Source of the DNA: a virus
Length of the DNA: 64,000 nt
Direction: 5' to 3' (one strand)
Virus record (IMG/VR): IMGVR_UViG_3300047554_000255
Coordinates: 47,221-111,220 of that record
Shown: piece by piece, positions 57,896 to 64,000 of the stretch
Position numbering within the stretch: the first letter of the stretch is position 1
Layout of the letters: each line of letters opens with the position of its first letter
Program-made: the position numbers and the translations under genes
The notes under the pieces: generated by a model
Databases searched by the model: none
Told to the model about the DNA's origin: nothing
What the model saw: the letters and a program-made list of their open reading frames with translations, nothing else

Positions 57896-60634
57896 TTAAT
57901 CTTTCTTTTTTGGCTGATCATACTTATTCTTGTTTTCACGTGCTATTTGTAATGCTGTATCCATCTTTTCACGCTCTACGCCTATTTTTTCACGCTCTAA
58001 AGATAACTGATCTTGATTCTTGCGAGTCTTGTTTATTTCTTGCTCACGTTTAAAGCTCATCTGCTCGTTGTATTGATCTTGAGCTCTTATATCTTTTAAA
58101 GCATCTTGATAGTCAGACTGCATGTTTTGATTGATATCAAACCCAGATCCTCTACCAGCAGCATTTATCTCAGCTACTGTGATATCTTTTTGAACCATCT
58201 TATCATCACGTTCAGCTTGAGCTTGAATCTCCATCTGTTTAGCCTTCTCAGCAGCAGCTAGTTGCTCTTGTTGCATTTGCTGTTGAGCTTGTTGCTCTTG
58301 CTGCTTCATTTGAGTAACCTTGTTCTCAGCCTCTTTTAATACTCCAGTTAACTCTGCAATCGATTCAGACTTAATAATGTTTCCTAGGTCATATATCGAA
58401 GCCCCAGTAGTATTATTATTTAAAGCTAACTGCTTTAACTGATCCATTATCTGACGCTGATTAGTCTTTGTTGTGCAGAAGATATTCAACTCACGTAATA
58501 ATAAATCTGTACCGTTCATCTGGAAGTTAACACGCTCATCCGTTGATGTAATGTATTGTAATCTAACAGATGGTTTCTTTGAGTGATAGTACTGAGCTAA
58601 GTCAGTTCTCATCTCATGAACACGTGGCATTAAGTAATCACTATGCTGTGTAAAGTAAACCTCAGTCTGTGCATAAGATGCATTAACAGCTTGTTCAACA
58701 CCTGTTGCAGTTTGTTGGCTAAGTTGTTGACCCATACGCTGAGGATTGATACCAATCGTTTCAAACGCTTGTGTCTTAAAGTAATTAGCCAACTGAATAC
58801 GAGACATCAAACGATTTGTCTGCTCAAGGTTAAGAACTTGATAGTGCTGGAATGATAAAGGATTCTCAGTATTTGTAATCGTTGTATCCAACGGTAACAT
58901 CTGGAAGTTCTTCATTGCAACATATGCTTTCTCAAGGTTGTTCTTACCCCAATCTTCACCCATTGAGTGACGAGGTAGAGCATTCTGATCAAACATAATA
59001 ACTGTTCCTAGTTCATCAACTAAGATGTCTGCTATCTGATTGTTAACAATGTTGTATCCAATCTGATAAGGCTTCATCATATCAACAAGAGATGTTGATC
59101 TTGTGTTTCTATCACCAAATACAGAACCTTCAACTGGTAGCTTACATCCATAAAGAGTTGAGTCACCCTTGAATTGGAATGGAAGACGTGATGGTTTACC
59201 ACCATTCAAGCCCATGTAGATAGGGTTAAGACCACCTGGGTTATTCATTCCCCAGAATGCAGGACGATTAGGTCCAATCTTTATACCTCCCCATGTTTCG
59301 TTAATCCAGATCCAATCAATATGCTCACCAAAGATCAAGTTTTCTTTTGTCTTGTTCTTTACAGTTGATGTATTGTATAGAGGCTTCTCTGTAATCTTGT
59401 AAGACTCATCAACAATATCTTGAATCATCTCGCCTTCTTCAGTAATCTTTACTAAGTGACCAAGCTTACGTTGTGATTTCCAATAGATTGTTGATACACG
59501 TAATAAATGTGTCTTACCAAAGTCAACAGTATCTTCTGAATCTGCTAAGATCCATTCAACGATATCTCCTGTACCAAACTGAGAATCATATACTGATGTA
59601 AACTGACGATATGCTAATGATGGCATTTGTGTATTCCACTCATGAGAGCGAGTACCATCATAGTAAGATCCATCGTTTTGTTGTCCTTGGATAGCGTAAC
59701 CAGCTGCACGAACAGGATATAAAGTCTCAAGAGACTCCATCTGTTCTGCTGTCATCATCCAACCAAACTTATCAATAACATCTGATACAGACATTAAATC
59801 GATCTTACCTACCCAGTTACCTTGTGATACGTAACGAACATCTGGAGATTTATGATAGAAAGTAAGTAATGGGTTCCATAACTCTACTTCATAATCATCT
59901 TCTCTCATCTGGAAGTGCCAGAACTCACGGTCAGTAATTAAGCTATCTCTAAATGCACGTTCTTCAAGCTCTTGCATCTTAAAGCGTTCAACATCAACCA
60001 TCATCTGGTGAGATGCCCATTGCTCAATCATTGAGCGGTAATCCTTTCTGAAGAAGTCTTCAATACCAGGAAGAGTCATTAAGTTCTCTTTACTCAACTG
60101 TTGCTGAGCTTCTTCAGACTCCATATCAACACCCATCTTCGCCATCTCCATACGAATCTTTTCTTCAGCTTGTTGAAGTAAGACACGCTCAACCATCGCA
60201 CGTTTTTCTTCTAACATCTCGTTATGAGAGATATCGTCAACAGCACGGAAAGTTATTTTGTTAACACGCTTTGCAAACTCTGCACATAATACGTTTATAA
60301 CATTTGGGATGATAGGATAAAACTTTAACTCTAAAGCTGTTTGATCCTCTTGAGTTAACATATCAACGATATCAGACATCTCATTACCATCTTCAACGAT
60401 GTAATCAGTCTTGTCAATAATACCTTTTGCAAGCTTATAGTTCTTCATCAATCTACGCGAGTTTCTGCGTAGTTGTTTCATTCCCTGGAACTCAAGCCAG
60501 TCTAAGTTATGAGCTCTCCACTCATCGTCTTTGTCTTTTGCAGGTATAAACTGAATAGGCTGGGTTAACGTACCCATCTTGTTATTTTCAGTCTTCTTAC
60601 CCGCCTTGGCGTCAAGGGCATTTATAATCTGCAT
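57896..60634 (-). CDS. Portal protein
   Basis: 912 aa with LKFYPIIPNVINVL and SLVDMMKPYQIGYNIVNNQI motifs and a long Gln-rich C-terminal helix; lies between TerL and MCP. Confidence 0.85.
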   Translation of the reverse strand: MQIINALDAKAGKKTENNKMGTLTQPIQFIPAKDKDDEWRAHNLDWLEFQGMKQLRRNSRRLMKNYKLAKGIIDKTDYIVEDGNEMSDIVDMLTQEDQTALELKFYPIIPNVINVLCAEFAKRVNKITFRAVDDISHNEMLEEKRAMVERVLLQQAEEKIRMEMAKMGVDMESEEAQQQLSKENLMTLPGIEDFFRKDYRSMIEQWASHQMMVDVERFKMQELEERAFRDSLITDREFWHFQMREDDYEVELWNPLLTFYHKSPDVRYVSQGNWVGKIDLMSVSDVIDKFGWMMTAEQMESLETLYPVRAAGYAIQGQQNDGSYYDGTRSHEWNTQMPSLAYRQFTSVYDSQFGTGDIVEWILADSEDTVDFGKTHLLRVSTIYWKSQRKLGHLVKITEEGEMIQDIVDESYKITEKPLYNTSTVKNKTKENLIFGEHIDWIWINETWGGIKIGPNRPAFWGMNNPGGLNPIYMGLNGGKPSRLPFQFKGDSTLYGCKLPVEGSVFGDRNTRSTSLVDMMKPYQIGYNIVNNQIADILVDELGTVIMFDQNALPRHSMGEDWGKNNLEKAYVAMKNFQMLPLDTTITNTENPLSFQHYQVLNLEQTNRLMSRIQLANYFKTQAFETIGINPQRMGQQLSQQTATGVEQAVNASYAQTEVYFTQHSDYLMPRVHEMRTDLAQYYHSKKPSVRLQYITSTDERVNFQMNGTDLLLRELNIFCTTKTNQRQIMDQLKQLALNNNTTGASIYDLGNIIKSESIAELTGVLKEAENKVTQMKQQEQQAQQQMQQEQLAAAEKAKQMEIQAQAERDDKMVQKDITVAEINAAGRGSGFDINQNMQSDYQDALKDIRAQDQYNEQMSFKREQEINKTRKNQDQLSLEREKIGVEREKMDTALQIARENKNKYDQPKKKD

Positions 60635-60645
60635 CTTTGAACTGT

Positions 60646-61044
60646 TTATTCTTGTGAATCTACTTTCTGTAGATAATCTTGTAATATCTCGTCTGTTGTC
60701 ATTTTACCACTTAGATCTCCACCATTAATACGTTGAGATAAAGTAGAAACTACACCTGTAGTATCAGTATATGTTACTGATCCAATGCCATTACCATTAC
60801 CAGAAACATATGGACTAGTATTTGGTGCAGTTGTATAATAAAAAGGACTTGTACTTGGTGGAGTAAAAGGACTTCTAACACCTGGTGGGTATTGTATTGA
60901 AGGCTTACTTTGTTCCACTATTTCCTCAGTATTTGATAATAAAAGCAACGCTTCTGTTAGATTGATTGCTTTTTCGTCAATAAGCCTTGATAACAACTCA
61001 ATCTTATCTTTATGCTTTTGCTGCTGACTTGTTAGGTTTTCCAT
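60646..61044 (-). CDS. Hypothetical protein (132 aa)
   Basis: Fills the gap between phoH and portal; overlaps the phoH 3' end by 35 nt; Pro/Ser/Thr-rich centre. Confidence 0.5.
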   Translation of the reverse strand: MENLTSQQQKHKDKIELLSRLIDEKAINLTEALLLLSNTEEIVEQSKPSIQYPPGVRSPFTPPSTSPFYYTTAPNTSPYVSGNGNGIGSVTYTDTTGVVSTLSQRINGGDLSGKMTTDEILQDYLQKVDSQE

Positions 61045-61753
61045 TATTTATAGTTTCCTCTAGTTCTTCGTACTTTAATAACATAGCTTCAACCACAGGA
61101 TGTCTATGGTTTGTCTTTAGGCAAAACGAATCAACATCTTTTACCTTGTTTGCAACAGATAATAAGAACTTAAAGCCACTTTCGTTTCTATACTTTAAGT
61201 CAACCTGTGCTGTATCACCACATATAACCATCTTTGATCTAAGACCTAGTCTGGATATGATCATACTCATGTTTTCGTTTGTACAGTTTTGAGCTTCGTC
61301 AACAATAACAAACGTATCTAAGAATGTACGACCTCTCATAAAAGCAAGTGGTACAATCTCTAACTGATCTTTAAGGACAGAATCTATCTTGTCTTTGTTG
61401 TATAACTGATACAAGTTAGCATAGATAGGTTGCATCCAAGGCTCCATCTTTTCTTTTAAGTCGCCAGGTAAAAAGCCTATCTCTTCTTTTGAGACAGTTG
61501 GTCGTGTTATCACGATCTTCTTTACCTGCTTCTTAAACAACATATCAAGAGCTGCCTGACATGCTAATAAAGTCTTACCACTTCCTGCTGCTCCTGATAA
61601 TACAGTAACTGCATTTGCTAGTATTACTTCTTTTGCTTGCTTCTGCTCCTCATTCAACTGTAGCTGAAAGTTAACTGGACGTTTCTTTTCAGCCTTTTGC
61701 TCTTGGATTGTCTTCGTTATTTCAGCGTGACGCTCCGATCGGTTTTGAGCCAT
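61010..61753 (-). CDS. phoH: PhoH-family ATPase
   Basis: GAAGSGKT Walker A, plus ITRP, IGFLPGDLKEKMEPW, FMRGRTF, DEAQN, GDTAQVDL and HRHP motifs. Confidence 0.95.
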   Translation of the reverse strand: MAQNRSERHAEITKTIQEQKAEKKRPVNFQLQLNEEQKQAKEVILANAVTVLSGAAGSGKTLLACQAALDMLFKKQVKKIVITRPTVSKEEIGFLPGDLKEKMEPWMQPIYANLYQLYNKDKIDSVLKDQLEIVPLAFMRGRTFLDTFVIVDEAQNCTNENMSMIISRLGLRSKMVICGDTAQVDLKYRNESGFKFLLSVANKVKDVDSFCLKTNHRHPVVEAMLLKYEELEETINNGKPNKSAAKA

Positions 61754-61758
61754 AAAAC

Positions 61759-63969
61759 TTATTTCATGTTTCTGAATGGGTTTCTCGGCTTACGCATAGT
61801 TGTTGAACTAGCGTTGCCACCTCCAATATGTCTAAAAGGAGATCTCATAGTTAATTTACTCATTTTTTGCGAGTTCTGCAACTTATCGTCCTCGACTTCA
61901 ACACGTTTTGACATACCTCTGTTTGACTCTTGCACCTTAACAAAAGATACTAGAGCACAGAAAGTTACCAGTCTATCGACGTTAAGTCCTGGTTGGTAAG
62001 CTAACATCTCTTTTAGAATCATTGGATCTGGTATTCTTTCAACACCAAATGTTACACTAGTAATATCTCCGTTGTCATTTACCTCTGAATCAATCTCTTC
62101 TTTTACAAACTCAACGCCGTAAGATAGCATATGACTCTTAAAGATGGTACCAGTGTTCTTCCATCCATACTCTTGGAATACAGATTTATTTGCCCCAATA
62201 TCTTTCAAGAATAGTATCATGTCTTTTGGTACAAGATACTTTTGTTTTCTCTTGCTGATCATGTGCTGAATAAAGTGTGAGATGTTATTCTCAACAATAG
62301 TCCATGCATTATAATATTCAATAAGCAGTTCTAATCTTTCGTGTGTTTTATTTATATCATCAAAACGTCCACACCAACTAGCAACAATAGTTCCTGGCTC
62401 TACATAGTTTGTCATTGAACCAGATTGATCGATCTTTGATACCTCAACGGAGTTCTTGTAGATTATTATAGAGCACAATGAATCAGATGTTGTTGTCTTT
62501 CCTTCACCAACGGGGTCAATAGAACCATAGTAAGTGCCCCAAGCTGCATTCTTCATTGGTCTTTCCCAGATACAAACAACTGCTTCTTTATCTTCCGTCT
62601 TCTTTGATATTGGAAACTCCATGATTGGAAGCTTTCTTGATTCTTTTGCTTCTACCTTACCATCAGCATTCCTGAATAAATCAACATACTCAACAGGATA
62701 TTCTTTATCTGCAATGCGTTGTAACTGCTTGGTAATCAAGTGAGTAGGGAACTTTGCTTCTTTTCTTGTTGCAAAAGCCTCTTCAATATTTCTTGGAGAC
62801 TGTGATACTTCAAGCTGATAAGCCTCTGGTTCTAGTTCTCTCTTTGCTTTTTCAAAACGTTTCTCAAGAGCATCAAGAGCTTCTTTAACTAGCGAGTTAC
62901 CATAAGCGTCAATGTATGGTGGCATTGACCACTGCTCTGGAATAAACAAACCTGTCTTACCAATAGTCCCATCCTTATCTATAAGATTAGATTGTACTGC
63001 ATAGAACTCATTTGCTTCTGGATTTAGTACATAGTTCTTTAGAGGTTCGCACTGATCCAAGTCACCGACTGATCCTGCTGCAATAAACTGACCTGTTGTT
63101 ATATCACCAGATCGTAAGGCAGGTCGCATGAAACCGTATGTATCATCCATCTTTGGAGCAATACCAGCCTCTTCATGAAAGAAGTAAACTACAGGACCAC
63201 CGACACCATTTGTTGGGTCTTTTTCGAAAGAGTATGACGTAATCGTTGATTTCAAACCTTTATAAGTATCACGACCGTTTTGACGTACCTTAATACGTTG
63301 TTGCCACGCTCCCACCTTATCAGGTTCATTTGGTCTGTACCAGGCGGTATGCTCGTTAAGAAAGTTTTTGTATTCGTCTAAGAACTTCCATGAACCTTTC
63401 TCGTTTATGTAGTCTTTTAAAGATGCCCCAAGTTTTAATACGGCACCAGATTCAAACCAGTACGTATTTATAAACTTAGCCATGTGATAGTAAGACGATG
63501 CTATCTGACGTTTCTTTAGAATAATAGCATGTCTGTAATGTAACTCAGCAAGATGTTCATACAAGGCCATATGATACTGTGCATCCCTGACCTTTGCAAA
63601 GCCAAACTTCTTTTCTTCTTTATCGTAGATAGGAAGAAAGTTTAACCACATATAGTATTCTCTACATAGATACCATGTAAGGTCTCCTGACTTATAGATA
63701 ACACCATTTCTGCACTTATCTTTTTCTGAATCCCAATAGTAAACAAAGTCTGCTGACTTGAATGGAGCATCACAGTAATATCCGTTCTTGTTGAAGTTCG
63801 TTGCCTGTTCATTAAAGATCTCGCTAGTCTCATTAAACTGATACTCGCCAGGCTCCTTAAAGACAGAAAGGATAAACTCTATATACTCTTCTTTCGTTGA
63901 GAATACAGTAGTTGTCCATTCACCGTCTATCCAAGTAGGGACTTCTTTATATAATGCTTGATTACTCAT
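61759..63969 (-). CDS. terL: Terminase large subunit
   Basis: LKKRQIASSY (Walker A region), FFHEEAG (Walker B), GSIDPVGEG and NVDRL nuclease motifs; upstream of the portal. Confidence 0.88.
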   Translation of the reverse strand: MSNQALYKEVPTWIDGEWTTTVFSTKEEYIEFILSVFKEPGEYQFNETSEIFNEQATNFNKNGYYCDAPFKSADFVYYWDSEKDKCRNGVIYKSGDLTWYLCREYYMWLNFLPIYDKEEKKFGFAKVRDAQYHMALYEHLAELHYRHAIILKKRQIASSYYHMAKFINTYWFESGAVLKLGASLKDYINEKGSWKFLDEYKNFLNEHTAWYRPNEPDKVGAWQQRIKVRQNGRDTYKGLKSTITSYSFEKDPTNGVGGPVVYFFHEEAGIAPKMDDTYGFMRPALRSGDITTGQFIAAGSVGDLDQCEPLKNYVLNPEANEFYAVQSNLIDKDGTIGKTGLFIPEQWSMPPYIDAYGNSLVKEALDALEKRFEKAKRELEPEAYQLEVSQSPRNIEEAFATRKEAKFPTHLITKQLQRIADKEYPVEYVDLFRNADGKVEAKESRKLPIMEFPISKKTEDKEAVVCIWERPMKNAAWGTYYGSIDPVGEGKTTTSDSLCSIIIYKNSVEVSKIDQSGSMTNYVEPGTIVASWCGRFDDINKTHERLELLIEYYNAWTIVENNISHFIQHMISKRKQKYLVPKDMILFLKDIGANKSVFQEYGWKNTGTIFKSHMLSYGVEFVKEEIDSEVNDNGDITSVTFGVERIPDPMILKEMLAYQPGLNVDRLVTFCALVSFVKVQESNRGMSKRVEVEDDKLQNSQKMSKLTMRSPFRHIGGGNASSTTMRKPRNPFRNMK

Positions 63970-63971
63970 AA

Positions 63972-64000
63972 TTATTGTTCATCAATACCTAACGCATCAA
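63972..64000 (-). CDS. 3' end of an upstream gene (...DALGIDEQ*)
   Basis: Open frame ending in TAA at 63972-63974, just before the terL ATG. Confidence 0.35.

Noticed and set aside
7535-62743. All plus-strand ORFs and nested alternate-frame minus-strand ORFs in the track
   Set aside because: They lie within or antisense to long, motif-bearing minus-strand genes and have no recognisable motifs.
61759-63969. Intron or intein in terL, portal or MCP, which are common in some crAss lineages
   Set aside because: The ORFs are continuous with ordinary lengths, and I saw no intein splice motifs or homing endonuclease motifs.
1-64000. Stop-codon reassignment (TAG or TGA recoding), known in some crAss-like phages
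   Set aside because: Very long ORFs are intact in the standard code. TAG ends genes at 27756, 34174 and 52228, and TGA ends the muzzle gene at 20931, each at a sensible gene boundary.

Overview
This window is the virion-morphogenesis (late) arm of a crAss-like phage (Crassvirales-type podovirus; host probably Bacteroidota). All supportable genes are on the minus strand and read in the standard genetic code. From the right end the order is: terminase large subunit, PhoH, portal, acidic scaffold-like protein, major capsid protein, a head/neck block interrupted by a ferritin-like gene, a ~21 kb block of tail-fibre, collagen and Cys-rich/Fn3 genes, a calcineurin-like phosphoesterase, IHF-like and ring proteins, the tail stabilization (muzzle) protein, four large cargo proteins and a giant virion RNA polymerase. 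The polymerase (GSDFDVDK motif) runs off the left end and is missing from the ORF track. Product names come from recalled motifs and synteny, not database searches. The main candidate for an undescribed system is a pair of adjacent cargo genes (14169-20934). They are built as strings of small, unrelated-looking modules separated by about 19 copies of an xxxGG linker, mostly [M/F/Y/W/L]-x-x-G-G, which suggests a GG-cleaved polyprotein payload. The window also has a 7-8 copy intergenic promoter-like motif (GTAWATTATWR...TAGA) and a compact three-way-junction RNA element downstream of the capsid gene.
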